From Nanoarchaeum sp. (GTDB lineage Archaea > Nanobdellota > Nanobdellia > SCGC-AAA011-G17 > PNOQ01), in the NCBI GenBank assembly GCA_013824915.1, contig PNOQ01000057.1, positions 1 through 49,089 of the forward strand: a DNA stretch of 49,089 nucleotides, in the 5' to 3' direction. Shown here one piece after another: positions 42,226-49,089 of this stretch. A program made the translations under genes and the position numbers. The notes beneath the pieces were generated by a model that saw only the letters and a list, made by a program, of their open reading frames with translations, searched no databases and was not told where the DNA came from. How positions within the stretch are numbered: the first letter of the stretch is position 1; every line of letters begins with the position of its first letter.

Positions 42226-42852
42226 ATGGTTAAGATATTAAATCCTCGAAGTAATGAATTATTTAGAGAATTAGCTTGCGAAAGAAAAGTAGTTGAATAT
42301 TTATTAGAATTAAGAAAATCTCATTGTGATTCATATGATCATAGTAAAAGAGTTGGATTATTGAGTATAGACTTAGGATATGAAAATAATTTTAATGGTA
42401 TGAACTTAAGATATATTGGTTATGGTGGATTATTACACGATATCGGAAAGCTAAGAGTTCCTAAAGAGATTTTAACTAAACTTGGTAGCTTAGATGAAGA
42501 AGAATTAGATATTATTAGTGGACATCCAAGGTTAGGTTTTTTAGAATCTCAAGATTTAGGATACGAGGAAGTAAGACAAATTATAGTAGCACATCATGAA
42601 CACAAAGTTAATCCTTATCCAAGAACAAATAATTTTAGAAGAAAACAAGATAGAACACGAGAAGATAGAAGACATTTTGATGAAAATATAACTCTTGCTG
42701 CTCAAATTGTAGCTGTTTCTGATATTTATGACGCTTTGACAAGCAAAAGAGAGTATAAAGAAGAATTTGGAAAACAAGATGTTGAGAGAATTTTAAGAGA
42801 GCAGTTTAAGGGAGATCAAAGATTTGTAGATCAAGTTTTAACAAGAAACTAA
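42226..42852 (+). CDS. HD-GYP-like metal-dependent phosphohydrolase (208 aa)
   Basis: HSKRVG, GGLLHDIGKLRVPKEILTK, ISGHPRLG, IIVAHHEHKVNPYPR and IVAVSDIYDALTSKREYK follow the HD-GYP block order. GYP is replaced by PYP, followed by a basic insertion of about 25 aa. Confidence 0.75.
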   Translation: MVKILNPRSNELFRELACERKVVEYLLELRKSHCDSYDHSKRVGLLSIDLGYENNFNGMNLRYIGYGGLLHDIGKLRVPKEILTKLGSLDEEELDIISGHPRLGFLESQDLGYEEVRQIIVAHHEHKVNPYPRTNNFRRKQDRTREDRRHFDENITLAAQIVAVSDIYDALTSKREYKEEFGKQDVERILREQFKGDQRFVDQVLTRN

Positions 42853-42860
42853 ATATAAAA

Positions 42861-43202
42861 ATGAAATATTTAATAGTAGAAGATAATTTTGGGGACGTAT
42901 CCCTTTTGAAATTAATGTTGAGTAATGTTGGATTTAGTGTAGATGTTGTACACCCAGAAGAGGCATTACAAATCAATAAAGAAACTCAACCAGAAATTAT
43001 TCAATTAGATGGTCTTGCTGGAAGATGTTTTGAACTTTATCAACAGATGAGACAAGATAACCTTAATGCCAGATATTTACTATTTTCTGCAAATAGAGAG
43101 TTATATGATCAAGCTAGAGAAGTGGGAATGGATGTGTTCGATAAATCATGGGGCGGTTCTGATTTGATTCAATATGCTAAACAGCTTATTAAAAACAAGT
43201 GA
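42861..43202 (+). CDS. stand-alone CheY-like receiver domain protein (113 aa)
   Basis: YLIVEDN (acidic pocket), IIQLDG (phospho-acceptor position), LLFSAN (Ser/Thr position) and VFDKS (Lys position). It starts 8 nt after the HD-GYP gene. Confidence 0.65.
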   Translation: MKYLIVEDNFGDVSLLKLMLSNVGFSVDVVHPEEALQINKETQPEIIQLDGLAGRCFELYQQMRQDNLNARYLLFSANRELYDQAREVGMDVFDKSWGGSDLIQYAKQLIKNK

Positions 43203-43205
43203 TTT

Positions 43206-43343
43206 TTAGTCTTTGTTTTCACCATGATTGCAATATCCTGGTTTTTTCTTGGAAGGTTTTAAGTATAAAACTTTACTAATAAAATACTTATAAAAAAATC
43301 CTCCGCTTAAAGGAACATTACATTTCTTGCATTTTTCTATCAT
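43206..43343 (-). CDS. small Cys-containing (zinc-ribbon-like) protein, 45 aa, below the ORF-track cutoff
   Basis: My translation is MIEKCKKCNVPLSGGFFYKYFISKVLYLKPSKKKPGYCNHGENKD, with CxxC at the N-terminus and C-x-H near the C-terminus. Confidence 0.35.
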   Translation of the reverse strand: MIEKCKKCNVPLSGGFFYKYFISKVLYLKPSKKKPGYCNHGENKD

Positions 43344-43377
43344 ACTAATATTTTATAACTTAATTATATAAATTTTA

Positions 43378-43400
43378 CCAATAGAAAGCTTTTTAATAAA
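43378..43400 (+). promoter_or_regulatory. promoter cassette CCAATAGAAAGCTTTTTAA (copy 1)
   Basis: 19/19 identical to 44245-44263. The TATA start at 43390 lies 29 nt before ATG 43419. Confidence 0.55.
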
Positions 43401-43418
43401 CATGTTATTTCGGGCTAG

Positions 43419-44243
43419 ATGGTAGAAATAGTCATTTCAGGCGTTAAAATAAATGTTCCTCAGGAACAGGATTATGAAGAATTGTATTCCTCACGTTTGG
43501 CTAGTTTTTTAAATAACCCTGATAATGTAAGTTTTTTAAAAGAACAATTTGATAATGCGGATTATGATGAAGGAGTGATTTACGCAGTTATAGGAGAAAG
43601 TTTTGTGTTAGGTCAAACTGATTTGTCTCTTGCTAGAAATTTAAATTTTGAACTTTTTAACTTCCAAAACAGCATGCAATTAGCATCTGCTTTACATAGC
43701 TATATGGTTGTTCAAGAAAGAGAAAATGAATCTGTTCGTCTAAGATTGATTTCAAATTTGAGTAATCAACAACTCGAGGAAAGGATTGCAGACTTTGTTA
43801 AATTACCTGTTATTGAATTGTCTGATTTAGAATGTAAGTTGTCTTTCAATGAAGAAGGAGTTTGTAATATTGAATCAAAAAAACTATTATTTTTTGAAAA
43901 TGTTTATAGATGCCCAGTTATTAATAGATTATCGAGAACCCCTTCACAAATAAAAACAATATATTTTTTAGCGCCCTCTCCAGATAGTGATTCTCAGACT
44001 GTTGTCGAGAGAAGCGAATATTCTATACCTCATTTTCTATATGAAACAACTATCGAAGATATATCTATAGAAGATGCGTTTTTAAAATATAATGAAATTG
44101 TTAAAGACAGAAGTGATATGCTCGTAATTAAAGTTCCTACTTATGCTTGTTTGATGGATGCTTGTGCTTCTACAAGACAAGAACTTATTTATGAAATAAC
44201 CCCCGAACAAAAAACCAAATTAGCTAGTAGGGTAGTTGATTAA
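43419..44243 (+). CDS. hypothetical protein (274 aa)
   Basis: A long ORF with no motif recognised. It shares its promoter cassette with rps6e. Confidence 0.6.
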   Translation: MVEIVISGVKINVPQEQDYEELYSSRLASFLNNPDNVSFLKEQFDNADYDEGVIYAVIGESFVLGQTDLSLARNLNFELFNFQNSMQLASALHSYMVVQERENESVRLRLISNLSNQQLEERIADFVKLPVIELSDLECKLSFNEEGVCNIESKKLLFFENVYRCPVINRLSRTPSQIKTIYFLAPSPDSDSQTVVERSEYSIPHFLYETTIEDISIEDAFLKYNEIVKDRSDMLVIKVPTYACLMDACASTRQELIYEITPEQKTKLASRVVD

Positions 44244-44244
44244 T

Positions 44245-44265
44245 CCAATAGAAAGCTTTTTAAAA
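44245..44265 (+). promoter_or_regulatory. promoter cassette CCAATAGAAAGCTTTTTAA (copy 2)
   Basis: The TATA start at 44257 lies 32 nt before ATG 44289. Confidence 0.55.
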
Positions 44266-44288
44266 CCAGTATTATCACAAGAAAGATT

Positions 44289-44684
44289 ATGATAAACATA
44301 AGTGATCCAAAAACAGGAAAAACATACAAGAAAGAAGCAGATGCTCAGATGTATATGAACAAGAAAATTGGTGAAACTATCAGCGGAGATATGCTTGGGC
44401 TTAAAGGTTACGAGTTAGAAATAACTGGTGGTTCTGATAAATCTGGTTTTCCTATGAGAAGAGATTTAACAAGTTTGGGCAGAAAAAGACCTTTAGTTGT
44501 TAGTGGCGTTGGTGCTAAATTCAAAGAAAAGGGTGTAAAACAAAGAAAATCCGTTCATGGAAATCATGTTGATGAAGATATTACACAATTAAACTTGAAG
44601 ATTGTTAAACCTGGAAAGGAATCAATTGAGAAAGCTTTAGGTATAGCTACTGAAGAAAAAGCTGAAGTTGCAGCTGAAGAGTAA
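44289..44684 (+). CDS. rps6e: 30S ribosomal protein S6e
   Basis: INISDPKTGKTYK......GLKGYELEITGGSDKSGFPMRRD is the S6e signature. Confidence 0.9.
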   Translation: MINISDPKTGKTYKKEADAQMYMNKKIGETISGDMLGLKGYELEITGGSDKSGFPMRRDLTSLGRKRPLVVSGVGAKFKEKGVKQRKSVHGNHVDEDITQLNLKIVKPGKESIEKALGIATEEKAEVAAEE

Positions 44685-44715
44685 GTTTTTTATAATCTAA
44701 TTTTATTTAATTTAT

Positions 44716-44865
44716 ATGGCTAAGAGAGTTATGATTTGTCCTAATTGCAAGAGTAGAAATGTTTCTGTAGATATGTTTAATTCATTTAAATGTAAAGATT
44801 GTGGTTATAGTGGGCGTATGTTTATAGAATTTGACGAAGAAGAGTTAAAAAAATTCAAGAACTAA
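44716..44865 (+). CDS. small zinc-ribbon protein, 49 aa, below the ORF-track cutoff
   Basis: My translation is MAKRVMICPNCKSRNVSVDMFNSFKCKDCGYSGRMFIEFDEEELKKFKN, with CPNC...CKDC. It lies between rps6e and the aIF2-gamma gene. Confidence 0.5.
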   Translation: MAKRVMICPNCKSRNVSVDMFNSFKCKDCGYSGRMFIEFDEEELKKFKN

Positions 44866-44870
44866 AAAGG

Positions 44871-44878
44871 TTTATAAA
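44871..44878 (+). promoter_or_regulatory. BRE/TATA (AAAAGG-TTTATAAA) of the aIF2-gamma gene
   Basis: It lies 32 nt before ATG 44903. Confidence 0.6.
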
Positions 44879-44902
44879 CAGCCGGTTTATCTAAAGATAT
44901 AG

Positions 44903-46159
44903 ATGGCAAGACCAAAAAAAACAGAAAAGAAAGTTGAATTAACTCCAGAAATTAGTATTTTGCTAGTTGGTCATGTAGACCATGGAAAAACTACTTTAAC
45001 TCAAGCTTTATCTGGAAAATGGACAGATACTCATTCTGAAGAATTAAAAAGAGGCATTACAATTAAATTAGGTTATGCTGATTCTGTATTCTATAAATGT
45101 CCAAAATGCCAAGATCAAGAATCTTATGGTGTTCATGGAATTTGTAAAAATTGTCAATCTGAGTGTATGCCTTTAAGAAAAGTTTCTTTTATTGATGCTC
45201 CTGGGCATGAAACTTTAATGGCAACTATGTTATCTGGTGCAGCTATAGTAGATGCAGCTTTACTTTTAGTTTCAGCTAATGAACCTTGTCCTCAGCCACA
45301 GACTAGAGAACATTTAATGGCTTTAGAAATTCTTGGTATTAAAAATATAATTGTAGTCCAAAACAAAATGGATTTGGTTGACAAAGCTGATTTATTAAAA
45401 CATTATGCTCAAATAAAAGAATTTTTGAAAGGTACTATTGCAGAGAATGCACCGATAATACCTATATCGGCTCAACATAATGTTAACATTGATGTTCTAA
45501 TTGAAACTATACAAGAAAATTTCAAAACGCCAGATAGAAATAATAGTTCTGATCCAATATTTTACATTGCAAGATCTTTTGATATTAATAAACCTGGATC
45601 TGGTATTAAAGACATTCATGGCGGAGTTATTGGTGGAGCTATGAAAGTAGGTATGCTAAAAATTGGCGAGATTGTTGAAATAAGACCGGGGATAAAAAGA
45701 GAAAAATTTGGTAAAACTGTATGGGAACCGATATTAACTGAAGTTGCTAATCTAATGACTGGAGATTTAGAAGTTAAAGAAATTACTCCTGGGGGATCTG
45801 CAGGAATATTAACTAAGCTTGATCCTGCAATTGTTAAATCAGATAGTTTGACTGGTAATGTTTTAGGAATACCTGGGCATATGCCTGATGTATTAAATGA
45901 ATTAAATTTCAAACCAAATTTATTAGAAAGAGTTGTTGGAGCTAAAGATGAGTTATTAGTAGATCAAATTAAAAAAAGTGAAACTTTAATGCTTAACGTT
46001 AATTCGACTGCTACGGTGGGTATAGTTGTTGAAATTAACAAAGGAATAATAAAAGTTATATTAAAAAAACCAGTTTGCGCCGCAAAAAAAGATAGGATAA
46101 CTATTTCTAGAATGGTTGGCGCAAGATGGAGATTAATCGGTTGGGGAAGTTTAGAATAA
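44903..46159 (+). CDS. eif2g: translation initiation factor aIF2 gamma subunit
   Basis: GHVDHGKTTLTQALSGKWTD.HSEELKRGITIKLGYA, the zinc knuckle CPKC...CKNC, DAPGHE and QNKMD. Confidence 0.9.
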   Translation: MARPKKTEKKVELTPEISILLVGHVDHGKTTLTQALSGKWTDTHSEELKRGITIKLGYADSVFYKCPKCQDQESYGVHGICKNCQSECMPLRKVSFIDAPGHETLMATMLSGAAIVDAALLLVSANEPCPQPQTREHLMALEILGIKNIIVVQNKMDLVDKADLLKHYAQIKEFLKGTIAENAPIIPISAQHNVNIDVLIETIQENFKTPDRNNSSDPIFYIARSFDINKPGSGIKDIHGGVIGGAMKVGMLKIGEIVEIRPGIKREKFGKTVWEPILTEVANLMTGDLEVKEITPGGSAGILTKLDPAIVKSDSLTGNVLGIPGHMPDVLNELNFKPNLLERVVGAKDELLVDQIKKSETLMLNVNSTATVGIVVEINKGIIKVILKKPVCAAKKDRITISRMVGARWRLIGWGSLE

Positions 46160-46190
46160 ATTTTATAAACTAAATAGGTTTATCTTTTTG

Positions 46191-46604
46191 ATGGATACAA
46201 GTGAACTATTAGCTACCTGTGTTTCTGCTTATTTAGAAGATTACATTGATTTAAAATTAGTAGAACATAATTTACGACATGTATCCAATTCAGAGAGACA
46301 AAACTTAGAAAAATTTGTTAATGATCAAAAAAGAATTGAGTCATTATTATCTGTGTTAACTAGACGTGGCATAGGTTTTGTAGATTTAAATTATAACCCT
46401 GAAACTAGTTTGTTTAGTATTGGAACTGATATGGATTATACTACAAGTAGACAAATCGTTAGAGAAAATAATTTAAAATACATTGCTTTACAACCAATTA
46501 TAACTGAGACTAGTTATTTTACCTATATTGTTTTTGAAGCACCACATTATCCTGAAGCGGTAGCTTTAATAGATGCATATATTAAACATTTTGAGAAGAA
46601 ATAA
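46191..46604 (+). CDS. hypothetical protein (137 aa)
   Basis: The TATA box TTTTATAAA at 46161-46169 lies 30 nt before ATG 46191. Its 3' end overlaps the convergent gyrA by 23 nt. Confidence 0.5.
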   Translation: MDTSELLATCVSAYLEDYIDLKLVEHNLRHVSNSERQNLEKFVNDQKRIESLLSVLTRRGIGFVDLNYNPETSLFSIGTDMDYTTSRQIVRENNLKYIALQPIITETSYFTYIVFEAPHYPEAVALIDAYIKHFEKK

Positions 46605-49002
46605 CTTTTTCTGAATCTAGTTTTGTTACAGATATTACCTTATCTTTTTCATCTAGTTTCATAATTCTTACACCTTGAGTATTTCTACCTATACTTGAAA
46701 TATCTTTAGCTGAAGTTCTTATTAAGACACCTTGTTTTGTAACAAATATTAAATCATCATTATCATTAACAGATTTTATACCGATTACTTTTCCGTTTCT
46801 TTCTGTTGTTTTTATATTAATAACTCCAGAACCACCACGATTAACTAGTCTATAATCGTTTATGTCTGTTTTTTTACCGTAACCGTTTTCAGTCATTGTA
46901 AGTAATGCATCTCTAGCTATGTCTACTCCAATAACTTCATCGTTACTTTTTAATCTGACTGCTCTTACACCCATAGAATTTCTACCAACTGGACGAACTT
47001 GTTTATCATTAAATCTTACAGCTTGACCGTTTTTAGTTGCTATAATTAGTTCTTCTCCATCTTTTGTAAGAATAACATCGATTAATTTATCATTATCTCT
47101 TAGGTTAACTGCAATTATTCCGCCTTTTCTTGGTTTAGAGTATTTTATTACGGATGTCTTTTTTATTAATCCATTCTTAGTTATCATATTTAAGAAATGT
47201 GTTTCTTTGAATTCTTTTATTGGTATTATTGCGTTAATCTTTTCTTCTTTTTCTAATCTTAATAAATTAACTAAGTTTACTCCTTTAGAATATCTTGATC
47301 CAGAAGGTATTTTATATGCTTTTGACCAGTATACTTTACCTAGATTACTAAAGAATAACAAGAAATCATGTGTATTCGTTACAAATATTTTTTCTACGAA
47401 ATCTTCTTCTTTAGTTCCTGTTGCTTGAATTCCACGACCACCACGATTTTGTTGTTTGTATGTGTCTACAGGTAATTTATTTACATAACCGTGATGAGTA
47501 AATGTAACTACAACATTTTCTTTTTTGATTAAATCTTCGTCTTCTATATCTCCTTCAACATCAATTATTTTTGTTTTTCTTGCGTCACCATATTTTTCTT
47601 TTAACTCTTGTAATTCATTTTTTATTATTTCAAAAACTTTTTGTTCGCTAGATAATATTTCTTTTAATTGAATTATTAATTTCATTAAATCCTCATGTTC
47701 TTGAACTAATTTTGAAGTTTCTAAAGAAGTTAATTTTTGTAGTTTCATATCTAAAATTGCTAGAGATTGTTCTTCGGAAATATCTAATAAATCGATTAAT
47801 CCTTTTTTAGCAATTTCAACATCTTTACTTTCTTTTAATTTTTTAACTACTGCATCTATATTTTCTAAAGCTTTTTTTAATCCTAATAAAATATGTGCTC
47901 TTTGTTCTGCTTTTTTTAAATCGAATTGAGTTCTTTTTGTTACAATATCTTTTCTGTGTTGTATAAAATTGAAAATTATTTCTTTTAAGTTTAAAACTTT
48001 TGGTTGATTATTAACTAAAGCTAAGTTGATTATACCGAAGCTGGTTTCTAATTGAGTATGTTTATATAATTGATTCAAAATTAATTCTGCGTTTGCATCT
48101 CGTTTTAATTCTATAACTACACGCATACCTTTTCTGTCTGATTCATCTCTAATATCTGAAATTCCTTCAACTTTTTTTTCTTTTACTAAATTTACTATGG
48201 CTTCAATTAGTACTGTTTTGTTTACTTGATAAGGAATTTCCGTGACTATAATTTTTCTTTCTTCTATTTCGCATACAGATCTTATTACTACAGTTCCTCT
48301 GCCAGTTTTGTATGCATGTTTTATGCCTGCTTTTCCTAAAATTAATGCACCAGTTGGAAAATCTGGGCCAGTTACTACGTTACTTAATTCTTCTATTGAA
48401 ATTTCAGGATTGTCTATTTGTAATTTTATTGCTTCTAGAACTTCTGAGATATTATGTGGGGGCATGTTTGTTGCCATACCAACTGCAATTCCAGAACTAC
48501 CATTGATTAATAAATTAGGAATTTTTGAAGGTAAAACAAATGGTTCTTTTAAACTTTCATCAAAATTTGGAACAAATAATACTGTTTCTTTTTCTATGTC
48601 TGCAAGTAACTCTTCTGCTATTCTATCTAATTTTGCTTCTGTATAACGCATTGCTGCAGCTGAATCTCCATCAACAGAACCAAAGTTACCTTGTCCCTTG
48701 ATTAATGGATATCTTAACGAGAACTCTTGAGCCATACGTACTAATGAATCGTATACAGCGATATCTCCATGTGGGTGATATTTACCAAGAACTTCTCCTA
48801 CAATTCTTGCCGATTTTTTACTTGGTTTATTGTGAAACATTCCCATACGATACATTGCATAAAGAATTCTTCTATGAACTGGTTTCAAACCATCATTAAC
48901 ATTTGGTAAAGCTCTTCCAACTATAACTGACATAGCATAGTTTAAGTAAGATTCTTGCATTTCGTTTTCTATTAAACGATTTTGTATTTTATCAGATGTC
49001 AA
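46582..49002 (-). CDS. gyrA: DNA gyrase subunit A
   Basis: [33 protein letters not shown] (catalytic Tyr) and C-terminal beta-pinwheel repeats. It has a TTG start at 49002-49000. Confidence 0.9.
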   Translation of the reverse strand: MTSDKIQNRLIENEMQESYLNYAMSVIVGRALPNVNDGLKPVHRRILYAMYRMGMFHNKPSKKSARIVGEVLGKYHPHGDIAVYDSLVRMAQEFSLRYPLIKGQGNFGSVDGDSAAAMRYTEAKLDRIAEELLADIEKETVLFVPNFDESLKEPFVLPSKIPNLLINGSSGIAVGMATNMPPHNISEVLEAIKLQIDNPEISIEELSNVVTGPDFPTGALILGKAGIKHAYKTGRGTVVIRSVCEIEERKIIVTEIPYQVNKTVLIEAIVNLVKEKKVEGISDIRDESDRKGMRVVIELKRDANAELILNQLYKHTQLETSFGIINLALVNNQPKVLNLKEIIFNFIQHRKDIVTKRTQFDLKKAEQRAHILLGLKKALENIDAVVKKLKESKDVEIAKKGLIDLLDISEEQSLAILDMKLQKLTSLETSKLVQEHEDLMKLIIQLKEILSSEQKVFEIIKNELQELKEKYGDARKTKIIDVEGDIEDEDLIKKENVVVTFTHHGYVNKLPVDTYKQQNRGGRGIQATGTKEEDFVEKIFVTNTHDFLLFFSNLGKVYWSKAYKIPSGSRYSKGVNLVNLLRLEKEEKINAIIPIKEFKETHFLNMITKNGLIKKTSVIKYSKPRKGGIIAVNLRDNDKLIDVILTKDGEELIIATKNGQAVRFNDKQVRPVGRNSMGVRAVRLKSNDEVIGVDIARDALLTMTENGYGKKTDINDYRLVNRGGSGVINIKTTERNGKVIGIKSVNDNDDLIFVTKQGVLIRTSAKDISSIGRNTQGVRIMKLDEKDKVISVTKLDSEKVISSQNV

Positions 49003-49089
49003 GGTTTTTTACCTCGTGAGCATGTGTTTGTATGAATTCTCTTCTTGGGTCTACTTCTTCTCCCATTAAGATTGTGAATATTTCATCTG
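48992..49089 (-). CDS. gyrB: DNA gyrase subunit B, extreme C-terminus (partial; the rest lies outside the window)
   Basis: The minus-strand translation ..[31 protein letters not shown] is the canonical GyrB C-terminal block. Its stop at 48994-48992 lies inside the gyrA 5' end. Confidence 0.8.
   Translation of the reverse strand, partial: DEIFTILMGEEVDPRREFIQTHAHEVKNLDI

Noticed and set aside
19104-48899. The remaining short ORFs in the track lying antisense to, or out of frame within, recognised genes. Minus strand: 3925-4188, 13468-13656, 19104-19292, 19296-19496, 26273-26587, 27503-27766, 30548-30751, 32271-32513, 36822-37127, 38083-38271, 38673-38963, 39053-39238, 40973-41263, 41375-41758, 41997-42227, 42556-42777 and 45616-45912. 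Plus strand: 4959-5192, 34426-34626, 47207-47428, 48242-48646, 48312-48506 and 48705-48899.
   Set aside because: Each lies inside or largely across a longer ORF with recognisable motifs such as ABC, GluRS, aIF5B, aIF2-gamma or GyrA. None has its own TATA box at the expected distance, and the translations are low-complexity.
1-49089. CRISPR arrays, tRNA or rRNA genes, transposases, integrases or prophage hallmarks; also the possibility that the contig is bacterial (CPR) because of lspA, GGDEF, HD-GYP and LysM.
   Set aside because: No spaced direct repeats, no GC-rich cloverleaf-sized islands in the spacers, and no recombinase motifs were seen. Archaeal-specific genes (L7Ae, S28e, L24e, S6e, aIF2-gamma, aIF5B) and BRE/TATA promoters are interleaved with the bacterial-type genes on one contiguous sequence. 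The host is therefore archaeal, and the bacterial-type genes are best explained as acquisitions.

Overview
This is a contiguous, gene-dense and visibly AT-rich chromosomal segment from an archaeon, plausibly a small-genome DPANN-type lineage. The archaeal assignment rests on recognisable genes: ribosomal proteins L7Ae-S28e-L24e and S6e, aIF2-gamma, aIF5B, archaeal-type TyrRS and GluRS, NDK and gyrB/gyrA. It also rests on a repeated BRE/TATA element (consensus about GAAAGGTTTATAAA) whose TATA starts 29-35 nt before most start codons, which implies mostly leaderless mRNAs. I found no rRNA, tRNA, CRISPR array, transposase or integrase.

The left third (1-17.1 kb) is accessory-like. It holds many orphan ORFs, two TrmB-like regulators and a four-copy orphan protein family. 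That family shows a 108-nt gene-conversion tract, GC-rich 3' coding ends and a conserved two-hairpin 3' module. The same region carries a tightly coupled three-gene operon of unknown function that includes a split TIM-barrel protein.

Three sets of bacterial-type genes stand out because they are rare or unreported in archaea:
- a GGDEF diguanylate cyclase at 15711-16343
- an HD-GYP-like gene plus a stand-alone receiver gene at 42226-43202
- a signal peptidase II (LspA) gene, with a lipobox lipoprotein elsewhere in the window

Several adjacent genes also carry near-identical promoter or operator cassettes.

All protein calls come from by-eye motif recognition on the supplied translations. No database search was run.
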